DNA from: an uncultured Acidobacteriota bacterium
GTDB taxonomy: Bacteria; Acidobacteriota; Terriglobia; Terriglobales; Acidobacteriaceae
Reading direction: 5' to 3'
Length of the DNA stretch: 64,000 bases
Assembly (NCBI GenBank): GCA_963771285.1
Contig: CAVYSX010000016.1
Coordinates: 9,240 to 73,239, forward strand
The stretch's first letter is position 1. Each line of letters starts with the position of its first letter. The notes beneath the pieces are model-generated. The model was not told the origin of the DNA. It did no database searches and saw nothing but the letters and a program-made list of their open reading frames with translations. This document shows positions 9,183-18,089 of the stretch, in pieces. The position numbers were made by a program, and so were the translations under genes.

Positions 9183-10633
9183 TCGCCTGATCGAGATCCC
9201 CGTTCCAACTCTGCAATTTGGGCGATGAACCTCTTGGAATCGAACTTGCGGCCTGTGCTGGCCAGCGACATGTAGCGAATTTTGCCAAACACCGAACGGT
9301 CGGACCAGGCGCGGTCGTGTTTGCCTACGATCGCCCAGGCGATGCCGGCATAACCGTTGGGATCCCGCCCATCGAGTTCATACCGGTCATTGAGCATGAC
9401 TGCACGCTGGAATGCAAGCGCGATGGACGGACTCCATTCCAGAATTTTCTTCGCCCAGTACATGCGCAGGTAGTTGTGCATCCATCCCGTCAGGACCATC
9501 TGCTTCTGTGCGGCATTCCATAGCGAGTCGTGCGTCTCCGCGTCCTCGAGCTGCTGCTCGCTGTAGATGACCGGCCGATGGTCATCGCGGTGCTCGACCA
9601 ATGAGCGGTCTGCCCACGGTTCGCGGCACTCCATCGAGTCGTAAAGAGGATTGAAGCGAACGAAATTAACCGAGAGTTCGCGGCGCACGATGAGTTGCTC
9701 AAGAAACGCTTGTTTAGCCGGCTGGGGCGCCTCGGCTTTCTGGACTGCCAGCGCGACGGTATGCGGACCAATATGCCCGAAGTGCAAATAGGGTGATAGT
9801 TGGCTGGTGCCGTCCGTTTCTGGATGATTGCGTTGGACGGGATAGCCGCTAAGTTTTTGGCGAACGAATGCTTTCAGGGTTTGCAATGCACGTTCGCTTC
9901 CGCCTTTCCAGCCGTTGACTTGTTGCGCCGAGCGATCGAGGGTCCAGCCGCGCAGAAAGTCTACATCGCTGCCCAAAGAATGAAGACGGGAAGGAGGATG
10001 CCATGGCACACGTGCTTTGGGATTGGCTGGCTGGATCAAGAATTCAGGCAATAGTCGATGAATGCGCGGGCGAATGGTTCGCGCTCCGTATTGTTCGCGC
10101 AGCAGAAGTTTGGAGGGGACGATCACGTCGGAGTCGATCGTCCAGAAAGGAATACCAATCCGGCGGGTCACTGTTTCCCGCCATTGCTCCGGCTCGCGCA
10201 GTGGATTTTCGTCCCCAATCAGGATTGAGGCGCGCACTTCTTCGCAAAACTTCAACAGGTTGTGATCTGGATAAGGGCGTAACACAAAACCGACGCGGCG
10301 ACGCTCCAGACCTTTAGCGATGTCAGGTATGCCCTCAGCGAGAAAGGCATAATGACGCAAGTTGGCGTGCGGATAGAACGGTACAGGCGCGAAGAAAGCT
10401 ACCACCGGCTTACCCAGTTCATTGGCGACCTGCACGGCCACATTCAGAGCAAGGTTGTCCGTCGCGCGCTGCGACCGCTGCATCCAATAAACCACGCAGG
10501 CTCCGTCTGGATCGGGCGACCCGGCTTTGCGCACCGTGACTCGGGGATCTTCACTAAGCTTGTGGAGAATGCGCATTCGGAACGGAGAGCGTCGCGATTC
10601 GCTATGTTGGGTTATTGTCGCATGATGTGACAA
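9176..10633 (-). CDS. class II CPD deoxyribodipyrimidine photolyase
   Basis: VVYWMQRSQRATDNLALN...RRELSVNFVRFNPLYDS...THDSLWNAAQKQMVLTGWMHNYLRMYWAKKILEW, typical class II photolyase blocks. The start could instead be the internal MRILHKL. Confidence 0.85.
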   Translation of the reverse strand: MSHHATITQHSESRRSPFRMRILHKLSEDPRVTVRKAGSPDPDGACVVYWMQRSQRATDNLALNVAVQVANELGKPVVAFFAPVPFYPHANLRHYAFLAEGIPDIAKGLERRRVGFVLRPYPDHNLLKFCEEVRASILIGDENPLREPEQWRETVTRRIGIPFWTIDSDVIVPSKLLLREQYGARTIRPRIHRLLPEFLIQPANPKARVPWHPPSRLHSLGSDVDFLRGWTLDRSAQQVNGWKGGSERALQTLKAFVRQKLSGYPVQRNHPETDGTSQLSPYLHFGHIGPHTVALAVQKAEAPQPAKQAFLEQLIVRRELSVNFVRFNPLYDSMECREPWADRSLVEHRDDHRPVIYSEQQLEDAETHDSLWNAAQKQMVLTGWMHNYLRMYWAKKILEWSPSIALAFQRAVMLNDRYELDGRDPNGYAGIAWAIVGKHDRAWSDRSVFGKIRYMSLASTGRKFDSKRFIAQIAELERGSRSGDQ

Positions 10634-10664
10634 TTCTCTGACTTCCCCCGCGCCTTTTTCCTAT

Positions 10665-11939
10665 ATGCTGAGCGCAGAGGATCAGCCTTTGAAACGACGA
10701 GTTGTGATTACCGGAATGGGTGTGGTGAGTCCCAATGGCGTAGGCAACGCCGCTTTCGCCGAGGGTATCCTGCAAGGACGTAGTGGTGTCCGCCGCATCT
10801 CACGGTTCGATTCGGCGGAGATCCCAGTTCAGATCGCGGGCGAGGTTCCTGATTTCGATGAACTGGCGTGGGTGGAAAAACGCGATCGCAAACATGTATC
10901 GCGGGTATTGCCCTTAGCTCTGGCTGCCGCTACCGAAGCATTGGCCGATGCGGGAATCGATCCCTCTTCCCTTCCCCTAGAGGAGCGGCGACGCTTTGGC
11001 GTAATCATGGGTTCCGGAGGCGGCTCGCAGGAATTTACGGAAGAGCAGTACCGTCTTTTTTTTCATCAGCAGTACAAGCAGATGAGTTTGTTCTGCGTGC
11101 CGACCGGGGTAATGGGTTCGCTTTCCAGTGAGTTGAACGTACGCTTCGGCTTGCGCGGCGCGAGCCATATCGTCACGACCGGGTGTACTTCCTCGACGGA
11201 CGCATTTGGGTATTGTTTGCGGCAGATTCAGTCGGGACGGCTCGACATGGTGCTGAGCGGCGGAGCGGATGCGCCCATCGCTTTGGGAATCATCAAAGGA
11301 TTTATTTTGATGAAAATCCTTACCGATTCATGGAATCAGGCTCCACAGCGGGGATCGCGGCCGTTCTCAGTCGATCGCGATGGATTTGTGCTGGCGGAAG
11401 GGGCCTGGATGTTCATCCTCGAAGAATACGAACACGCGCGGGCGCGCGGCGCGAAGATGCTAGCCGAGATTCGCGGATATGGTTCGACTTGCGAAGCGTT
11501 TCATCGCGTCCGCTTGCAGGAGTGCGGCGAGGAGCCGGCGCGGGCGATTGGCCTGGCGATGCGAGAGGCAGGAATTGCGCCACAGAATGTGGACTACGTG
11601 AATCTGCATGGGACTTCGACGCAGTTAAACGACCGCATCGAGACTCGAGCTTTGAAACTGGTTCTGGGCGAACAGGCGCGGGCGGTCCCAATGTCGGCAT
11701 TGAAGTCGCAGATCGGGCATCCTCAGGGAGCGTGCGGCGCGGCGGGTGTGGCGGCCACAATTGTAGCGATGCGGAGTGGACATATTCCTCCCACCATCAA
11801 CCTGGAGACTCCCGATCCCGAATGTGATCTCGACTATGTGCCCCAGGCCGGAAGGAAGAAAGCGATTGAACATGCGATTTGCAATTGCATTGCTTTTGGG
11901 TCCAAGAATTCGGCTCTCGTGCTGCGGAATTGTGCTTAG
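10665..11939 (+). CDS. fabF: beta-ketoacyl-ACP synthase II-like condensing enzyme
   Basis: RRVVITGMGVVSPNG...TTGCTSSTDA (active-site Cys)...NLHGTSTQLND...KSQIGHPQGACG (His/His)...AFGSKNSALVL. Confidence 0.85.
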   Translation: MLSAEDQPLKRRVVITGMGVVSPNGVGNAAFAEGILQGRSGVRRISRFDSAEIPVQIAGEVPDFDELAWVEKRDRKHVSRVLPLALAAATEALADAGIDPSSLPLEERRRFGVIMGSGGGSQEFTEEQYRLFFHQQYKQMSLFCVPTGVMGSLSSELNVRFGLRGASHIVTTGCTSSTDAFGYCLRQIQSGRLDMVLSGGADAPIALGIIKGFILMKILTDSWNQAPQRGSRPFSVDRDGFVLAEGAWMFILEEYEHARARGAKMLAEIRGYGSTCEAFHRVRLQECGEEPARAIGLAMREAGIAPQNVDYVNLHGTSTQLNDRIETRALKLVLGEQARAVPMSALKSQIGHPQGACGAAGVAATIVAMRSGHIPPTINLETPDPECDLDYVPQAGRKKAIEHAICNCIAFGSKNSALVLRNCA

Positions 11940-12050
11940 CTGCGAAGGTCAAAGGCTTTAACCACAGGGGACAGAGTCACACAGAGGAACCACGCTGGCT
12001 GCGAAGGTCAACCTTTACCCACAGAGGCACAGAGGTACACAGAGGAAATC
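11939..12050 (+). repeat. two tandem ~58-bp units (GCTGCGAAGGTCAA...), each ending in a triple CACAGRGG module
   Basis: Unit 1 is 11939-11997 (core CCACAGGGGACAGAGTCACACAGAGG, 11962-11987). Unit 2 is 11998-12050 (core CCCACAGAGGCACAGAGGTACACAGAGG, 12018-12045). The repeat starts at the fabF-like stop codon, between convergent genes. Confidence 0.8.
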
Positions 12051-12063
12051 TAAATATTTCTGT

Positions 12064-12846
12064 TCAGTCTTGCAGTAGATGTACGACCGTGCTTTCAACT
12101 TTCGGCCAAGCGTTGGAGTGCGGATCGATGAGGTCGAAATGGCCTGCGGTTGAAATTTCCAGGTAGTGCACATCCTCGCCGCTCTTCTTTTTCTTTTCCG
12201 CATAGCCCCGGCTGAAATTGCATGGAACGACATCGTCGGCTGCGCCGTGGATAAGCCATTGAGTCGTTGCATGTTCGATATTGAGTTCCATGGGATCGGC
12301 TTCGCGGTAGTGTTCGGGCACGTCTTTCGGTTTGCCGCCTAGAAATTCGACGACTGCATCGTTGCTGAGATGCTGTTCGAGCGCTTGCTGCAGATCGACG
12401 ACTCCGGCCAGTGAGAGTACTCGTTTGAGCGATGGCTCATGGGCGGCCAGGCAGAGCGCGAGTTGTCCCCCGGCAGAGTGTCCCATTACCAAGATTTTTC
12501 CGGCATCGAGGTTGTAGCGCTTCGCGATTTGGGGAAGGTAGCGGTAGGCGTTCCGAATATCTTCAAATGTTGGGGGCCAGCCTCCGCCCGGATTACCGAC
12601 CCGCCGGTATTCTATGTTCCAGGTGGCGTAGCCCTTCGCAGTGAGAGCCGCACAGAGATGTCCGGCGTGGGCGAGATCGTATTTTGCGCGCCAGAACCCG
12701 CCGTGAATGTTCATGGCTACCGGAAATGGGCCCTTGGTCTTGGGCAGGCGAATCTCGGCAAACTGATTGGGGTCGGCGCCATAGGGCACGCGGGCGTCAG
12801 CGGGCGGCGGCGGAAGCGTGAGAATGTCTTCGGACATAACCCTCAA
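12064..12846 (-). CDS. alpha/beta hydrolase (esterase / kynurenine-formamidase-like)
   Basis: HGGFW oxyanion motif, nucleophile elbow MGHSAGGQLAL, and C-terminal HGAADDVV...GHFD. Confidence 0.75.
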   Translation of the reverse strand: MRVMSEDILTLPPPPADARVPYGADPNQFAEIRLPKTKGPFPVAMNIHGGFWRAKYDLAHAGHLCAALTAKGYATWNIEYRRVGNPGGGWPPTFEDIRNAYRYLPQIAKRYNLDAGKILVMGHSAGGQLALCLAAHEPSLKRVLSLAGVVDLQQALEQHLSNDAVVEFLGGKPKDVPEHYREADPMELNIEHATTQWLIHGAADDVVPCNFSRGYAEKKKKSGEDVHYLEISTAGHFDLIDPHSNAWPKVESTVVHLLQD

Positions 12847-12887
12847 GTCACTGGGAGCGATAACCGATCGGTCGCCAGCATCTGCGC

Positions 12888-13277
12888 CTAGATCGCTGCT
12901 TCAGGAATCAGTTCGACGATCAGGCCGTGTCCCCAACCGTACTTTTGCTTGCTCAATTCTGCTATCGCTTCGTGCAAATCAGACTCGGTCTCGCGCGAAA
13001 CCGGTCGGGCTTGGGCCGGAAATCTGTTACCCGCAATTCGGACCCGCACGTGGGGATTCGCATGTACGTTCTGCACCCATTGCGAGGTTGGGTATTCGGC
13101 AATCACAAAGAAGCGTCCGTCGCGATGAGTAAACCATATCTCGATTTCGCGGGGTTGGCCGCTTTTGCGTCCCCGCGTGGTGAGATAAAGATACTTCTCG
13201 CGATCGAAGCTATTGTCCTTTAAGCTTGAGCTTGGATTTATTTTGTTCAAGGAATTCGCGAAGTTTTTCCGCTTCAT
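12888..13277 (-). CDS. DUF385 / deazaflavin-dependent nitroreductase-family protein
   Basis: YLYLTTRGRKSGQPREIEIWFTHRDGRFFVIAEYPTSQWVQNVHANPHVRVRIAGNRF. The start is uncertain: ATG 13277 or TTG 13250. Either one overlaps the 3' end of the upstream small gene. Confidence 0.7.
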   Translation of the reverse strand: MKRKNFANSLNKINPSSSLKDNSFDREKYLYLTTRGRKSGQPREIEIWFTHRDGRFFVIAEYPTSQWVQNVHANPHVRVRIAGNRFPAQARPVSRETESDLHEAIAELSKQKYGWGHGLIVELIPEAAI

Positions 13278-13452
13278 CGAGCAGGCGCGTCCATTGTTCG
13301 TAGTACAGCGTGACCGGAAAGCGGCCGAGGCCATACACGCTCACTCCGCCTTTTTCGCTGACGCGGAATTCCATGCTGGCGGTGCGGCGCGGGCCTTGCT
13401 TTTCCAGTTCAGCAAGCCGTGCCTTTAGCTCTTCATAGGTTGGTTCAGCCAT
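13210..13452 (-). CDS. hypothetical small protein (80 aa)
   Basis: MAEPTYEELKARLAELEKQ...RVSEKGGVSVYGLGRFPVTLYYEQWTRLLDEAEKLREFLEQN. Protein-like composition with coiled-coil ends. Family not recognised. Confidence 0.55.
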   Translation of the reverse strand: MAEPTYEELKARLAELEKQGPRRTASMEFRVSEKGGVSVYGLGRFPVTLYYEQWTRLLDEAEKLREFLEQNKSKLKLKGQ

Positions 13453-13522
13453 TGTTCACCTCGATACGATGTCAACAACTCATGATAGGGATTGTGGAGA
13501 GATTCGTCGAGTCGGTTCCTAC

Positions 13523-14345
13523 TTAGTCGATAAATGATTTCATGCAGAATACGCTGCCGCCGGATTTTTCGAATTCTGACGTGTCCAGCAATACTGGCAT
13601 CAGGTTTTCCTGAGCCAGGATTCCGCGAAGGTTGTCGGTCATTCGCGGCGTGATGAAGCGCCCATTCACCACGATTCCGTTGCCCATGAATTGCCGCGAT
13701 TCGTCTTGCGTAAGCTGGTGGACCCGTTTCCAACTTCGGCGAAGCATCTGCAAGGAGTCCGCGGAGAACGCACCCGGGTAGAGCAAAACAGCGTCATTGT
13801 TAAGCGGACAAAAACAAGTGTCGAGGTGATAACAGTGTTCGTCGGCAAGTTGGAGGGGGACAACGGGAAATCCCATTTCCCGCATGGCAATGGCAAATTT
13901 CTCGACGCCGCTGTGGGTGGAGCGAAAGCCATAGGCTGCCCAAATGCGTGAGTGATCCGGATGCCACAGCAAGTCTCCATGGCCTTCGAGATACTCTCCA
14001 TTTAGGTCGACATCGATGATTTTGTAGCCGCGCTGCCGGAACCACTCGACAAAGAACGCTACTTCGTCCTGACGCGAGGGATAGCGCATACGGCTGGGGA
14101 CGATGAATTTCCCAATTTGGTCGATGCCGGCCGACAAACATCTGGTTGGCGGCAAAGACCATATCGTCGAGGTTCGGAACCGGGTCGATCAGTTCCACTT
14201 TGACGTCCGCGTCTTCCAGCGCCCGCCGCAGGCCTTCCCATTGCTGCTGTGCCTTAACCAAGTCGATCGCGCTTCCCATGTACGGATTCTTGGCCTCGCG
14301 GACATCGAAGAATGTGGGCGGACACATTAAGGCGGTCTTTGACAT
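13523..14345 (-). pseudogene. amidinotransferase / guanidino-group-modifying enzyme family protein (DDAH/ADI-related), one +1 frame break
   Basis: The N-terminal part from ATG 14345 reads MSKTALMCPPTFFDVREAKNPYMGS...NLDDMVFAANQMFVG. The continuation IDQIGKFIVPSRMRYPSRQDE...HCYHLDTCFCPL...EKSGGSVFCM (catalytic Cys) is in the +1 frame. The junction is at the GCCGGCC stretch, about 14125-14131. Confidence 0.75.
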
Positions 14346-14550
14346 GCTCCGATGATATCTGCCCAGCGGGGATGGTTCCAGCATCTCACGACACCTGCTG
14401 CCGAAGGCACGTCGCTGCAGACTGCCGACAGGCAGCCCTCTTGAGGAATCGGACAGTGATGGAAATGGAAGTGATGGATACACAATGTCTTTTTTAATTT
14501 TCCGGTTAAAACAGTTCGGTTAGTGGCGTGCATGCGCACACGCACGCCGT

Positions 14551-14886
14551 TTGCGAAAACACTGGCGGAGGTATCGCGTGCTGCATAAATGCGCTAGTCC
14601 CGACTGCGATGTTCCATTTCGAAAACTGAGCGAGGGAAGGTTATACCTCCTGGAGACGGATCCTGGCGGTTGTAAGGAGTCCAAGCTTGCCAGTTGGAGA
14701 GGCCAGCCCACGCGCCGCGTCGAATACTACTGGCTGTGCGATGCATGCGCCATCGTCTTGACCCTGTTTTATGAGAAGGGTCGGGGCGTGGTGACAGTTG
14801 CCCGGAGTAGCGGAGCAAGGATGCCTCCAGCGCCTGAAGCACGAACCAGAGGCCTCCGCCGTTCTGCGGTTGGTCGAAGTGGATAA
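14551..14886 (+). CDS. small Cys4 zinc-ribbon-like hypothetical protein
   Basis: KCASPDCDVPFRKLSEGRLYLLE...RRVEYYWLCDACA: a CxxxxC...CxxC arrangement. Start uncertain. Confidence 0.5.
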   Translation: MRKHWRRYRVLHKCASPDCDVPFRKLSEGRLYLLETDPGGCKESKLASWRGQPTRRVEYYWLCDACAIVLTLFYEKGRGVVTVARSSGARMPPAPEARTRGLRRSAVGRSG

Positions 14887-14910
14887 ACCGCCCGAGGAAG
14901 GAAAATCCGA

Positions 14911-15411
14911 GTGAATCTGAGCGAGCACGGGAAACAGCAGTGCACCATCTGCGGGGAATACAAGCTGGCTGGGCAAGTCTGGTTGCTGGTTGCCGAAAGC
15001 CACTGCGAAGACAAATTGAAGGTTCTCCAGTGGCACGACGAGCTAGCCAGGCGGCACGGGATGTATGCCGCCTGCTGCCCAGCGCACGTGCAGGAACTGG
15101 TTGTGCACTGGATGACCACCGGGAGCCTGGACTATCCGTTCGCGACCGTCGGGGTCAAGCTGGGACGCGGGAAGCTGCGATTGGGATCACGGTTCACCGC
15201 ACTGGAAGATGCGGACACCCGGGGTGCGCGCCAACTGGGGGAATTGGCGGTAGACCGCGAAAGCGTGGGACGGGCAATCCGCGAAAACCCCGAGTCGCTA
15301 CAGCTCATACTGGACGAATTAGCCAGCGCTTTGGAGCGGGAAACGACGGGTAATCCAGCCAGAATGGAATCGGCGGACGCTTTGTCCTACGGCTTTCCCC
15401 GGCAGATCTGA
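14911..15411 (+). CDS. Cys-rich hypothetical protein (paralog-like to the preceding gene)
   Basis: QCTICGEYKLAGQVWLLVAESHCEDKLKVLQWHDELARRHGMYAACCPAHVQELVVHWMTTGSLDYPF. It has the same CxxC...hydrophobic LL(E/A) layout as 14551-14886. Confidence 0.55.
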   Translation: MNLSEHGKQQCTICGEYKLAGQVWLLVAESHCEDKLKVLQWHDELARRHGMYAACCPAHVQELVVHWMTTGSLDYPFATVGVKLGRGKLRLGSRFTALEDADTRGARQLGELAVDRESVGRAIRENPESLQLILDELASALERETTGNPARMESADALSYGFPRQI

Positions 15412-15423
15412 CCTGGAGCATCT

Positions 15424-16578
15424 TCACGCTATCCAATTTTTCTTCCAGGTGCGCCAGTCACTGCTCACCGCGTTCACCATTTCTTTGGCGGCGGAGAATA
15501 GCCAGTTCGATTTCAGCCGGTCGAGGTGCCGCCGAATATCTTTGCGCGCGTCTACAGTTCCCAAATGAATGTTGGAGGTTTCCCACCCCATTGCGTAAAG
15601 CAGGCGAAGTTCATCGCGGCTGCCGGGCAGGACGCTCAGCTCAATGCGTGAGCAATGCGGGGACAGGCGGCGCACCACCCAGCGGCCAAGCAGGCGCACA
15701 AACGGGTCGGGATCGCGAACGGCGCGGCCGATAATTGCCTGATACAGGATCTCGGCGGGCTCTTTTCCTCCCCTAGCCCAATAAACCGAAGATGGAACCA
15801 GCGCTTTGGCTTCGCGGGCAACTCTAGCGCCGTGACACTGCGCGATCGCAACCAGGCGGACGTGCCCCAAACTCCCCAATCCGGCGACGCGCCGAACTGT
15901 GCGGTAGCTGAGGTCGGGCTCGGGCATCAATTGTTCCAAGGCTCTTTTGGCGCTGCCCGAAATCTTGCCCTGCACCTTCGGGAGGCTATCCATTTTTTGC
16001 CAGAAATGAGCGGCATCACGCAAAACGCCGGTCGCCATCTGACGCAACCACCGGTGTTCTTCTTCGAGTACAAATGGACGTCCACCTTGCACAATAGACT
16101 CCCGGTAACCATCCAGGATTTCAGAGCAGGCAGTCTTCGGTTTTAGTTCCAGATGTCCTGCGCCGATGGCAAACAGCGCGCTGGCGGCCAGGCGAACCAG
16201 ATCGTTGGTATAGGGAATAATCGCGGCTTCGTCAAAGTCATTCACTCCCCACACGAGGCGGCCCTCGATGTCACGCCACGTGCCAAAGTTCTCGACGTGC
16301 AGATCGCCCACGCCCAGAACGCTCGGAGCTTTGGCGAGATCGGGGCAGACGTCAGGCCAGATCTGTATCCAGCGGTAGAAAGTGGCGCGCAAGAAAGGAA
16401 AGACAGCTTCTACCATGCGCTGGTGCTTGAGGCGTAGATCGGGCTTAACCAAGGAGGTATGGCTGCCGAGCCATTCCTCAAAATGATGGGTGGCTTTGAC
16501 AATGTTCACTTGCGTCCGGTTGGAGACGATAGAACCGAAGCCCTTGAATGTCAACCGACGACTAGGCCGCCCGGCCAA
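15424..16578 (-). CDS. DUF2252-family protein
   Basis: VFPFLRATFYRWIQIWPDVCPDL...GVGDLHVENFGTWRDIEGRLVWGVNDFDEA...YTNDLVRLAASA, the characteristic DUF2252 blocks. Confidence 0.8.
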   Translation of the reverse strand: MAGRPSRRLTFKGFGSIVSNRTQVNIVKATHHFEEWLGSHTSLVKPDLRLKHQRMVEAVFPFLRATFYRWIQIWPDVCPDLAKAPSVLGVGDLHVENFGTWRDIEGRLVWGVNDFDEAAIIPYTNDLVRLAASALFAIGAGHLELKPKTACSEILDGYRESIVQGGRPFVLEEEHRWLRQMATGVLRDAAHFWQKMDSLPKVQGKISGSAKRALEQLMPEPDLSYRTVRRVAGLGSLGHVRLVAIAQCHGARVAREAKALVPSSVYWARGGKEPAEILYQAIIGRAVRDPDPFVRLLGRWVVRRLSPHCSRIELSVLPGSRDELRLLYAMGWETSNIHLGTVDARKDIRRHLDRLKSNWLFSAAKEMVNAVSSDWRTWKKNWIA

Positions 16579-17328
16579 TCCACCACAGAACTCTGGCCAC
16601 GATCCGCCATCCGTTGGCAGCCAGTGCGATCGATTCGTACTCTCGATTTTCCGGGACTAAGACTTCGGTATGGTCAAAACGCTGGAGCCGCGATATGGCC
16701 AGCCCTTGTTCCTTGTGGGCAACCACTACGATCTGGCCATAAAGTTTGAGACGGCTGCCATGAGAAGTATCCACGGCCACGATATAACCATCGTGAATCA
16801 AGGGCATCATCGAACGGCCGCGCACTCGCAAGCAGCTGGTATGAGCGGGATTGGGGCACCAGTCGCCGAGGCGCAGCCAGCATGGATTCGGGATTAGCTT
16901 GGTCGAGCGCAGTAGCCGGATCGCCCTTTCCCCCATGGGTTGCAACCGTCACGGGCAGGACCGGAATTGCGACCAATTCACCTCGTCCCTTCCCATGTTT
17001 TCCGATCCCGGCCTGAACGACCTGCATATCGGGCAGCCGGTACTTGCGCAGTCGCGAACGCACATCCGGCAAGACGCGCATCAAGTCGTCACTGTGCAGT
17101 CCAGCGCGTCCCCAGAAGTACCAGCATTCCGGATCACCGGTCAGATTTCCCAGCAGGATGTAGATGTTGGCGGGTGGTTCCTGCACTCCTCGCTCCCATC
17201 GCGAAACGGACATGGCGGAAGCGTTGAGCAGTTTAGCCCATCTCCGACTGGCTCATTTGAAGATGGCGGCGAAGGGCAACGATGCGCGTAGCCCATTCGT
17301 GTTTTTCGGCCTTTCTTGTGTTGCTCAT
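16562..17328 (-). pseudogene. XRE-HTH / S24-peptidase (LexA/CI-like) repressor, two +1 frame breaks
   Basis: Three consecutive frames are needed. First: MSNTRKAEKHEWATRIVALRRHLQMSQSEMG, ending at TAA. Second: KLLNASAMSVSRWERGVQEP...VAIPVLPVTVATHGG. Third: WCPNPAHTSCLRVRGRSMMPLIHDGYIVAVD...VVVAHKEQGLAISRL (S24 Ser region, Lys context). The breaks lie at about 17232-17239 and 16855-16895. The 3' end overlaps the DUF2252 start by 17 nt. Confidence 0.7.
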
Positions 17329-17357
17329 GCTACGCTGCTACACTTAACCTAGCCGAT

Positions 17358-17373
17358 CTAACAATTATGTTAG
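17358..17373. promoter_or_regulatory. candidate operator: inverted repeat CTAACA-N4-TGTTAG
   Basis: CTAACAATTATGTTAG lies in the 82-bp divergent region between the S24 repressor gene (start 17328) and the 17411 gene. Confidence 0.3.
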
Positions 17374-17410
17374 TTGGCACTATCGTTGTCAAGGTGCACG
17401 AAAGGTTGTC

Positions 17411-18079
17411 ATGTACGGTGACAATGCTAGCACAGATTCGGAGCCGACAATGCAATCCCCCCAGGCGCTTTACCGCGGACTGTACATAAGAATTGCCAAG
17501 AAACTCAGCGTCGATCCTTCCTACGTGAGTCGAGTCGCTCGCGGAGAGCGACATTCCCGCAGCGTCGAAGACGCCCTGCAGCAGGAATTGCAGAGCATCA
17601 ATAAGCGGCTGGGCCGCGGGGCATCGGCTGCCAAAAAAGTCGCAGGTACAGGAAGTGCCCCTAACCGGCTGAAGACGCTCACCCGGCGACATCGCAGCCA
17701 CGTTCGAAAGCAATGGCTACGCCACAGCCAGGCAGATCCGAATCTGAGGAAGATCAAGATCGCTCCGCAGAAGCGCACAGCGCCGATCCTTCCTGTCGTT
17801 GACGAAGCCTTGAGGGCCATGCGGCTCAGTGTCAAAGAAATGGCCACTGTTCCGATGAAAGCCGCGCAACGGCATGGACGGCTGCGGCAAGCTCAGGGTT
17901 TTTCTCCGTCCGAATTGATTGAAGAATATAACCTGGTTCGGCGCTGCGTCTTCGGTTTGGCCGAGGAGCACTTGCCGCAGATGGACGCGCGCCTCCTGTT
18001 GCACGACCTCACACAATTCGGAGAGGCTCTCGACTTACAATCACAGCGCGCCATCGAAAACTACTTCAACCAGGCTTAA
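17411..18079 (+). CDS. putative regulator: N-terminal HTH-like segment plus RsbRD_N-like helical domain
   Basis: The segment LYIRIAKKLSVDPSYVSRVARGERHS is HTH-like. The C-terminal AAQRHGRLRQAQGFSPSELIEEYNLVRRCVF resembles the sensor N-terminal (RsbRD_N-type) pattern. The assignment is tentative. Confidence 0.5.
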   Translation: MYGDNASTDSEPTMQSPQALYRGLYIRIAKKLSVDPSYVSRVARGERHSRSVEDALQQELQSINKRLGRGASAAKKVAGTGSAPNRLKTLTRRHRSHVRKQWLRHSQADPNLRKIKIAPQKRTAPILPVVDEALRAMRLSVKEMATVPMKAAQRHGRLRQAQGFSPSELIEEYNLVRRCVFGLAEEHLPQMDARLLLHDLTQFGEALDLQSQRAIENYFNQA

Positions 18080-18089
18080 TCTCTGCCCT

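Noticed and set aside
15424-18079. Prophage or ICE immunity region (CI/Cro-like)
   Set aside because: No integrase, excisionase, structural or replication genes flank it. The neighbours are ordinary chromosomal genes.
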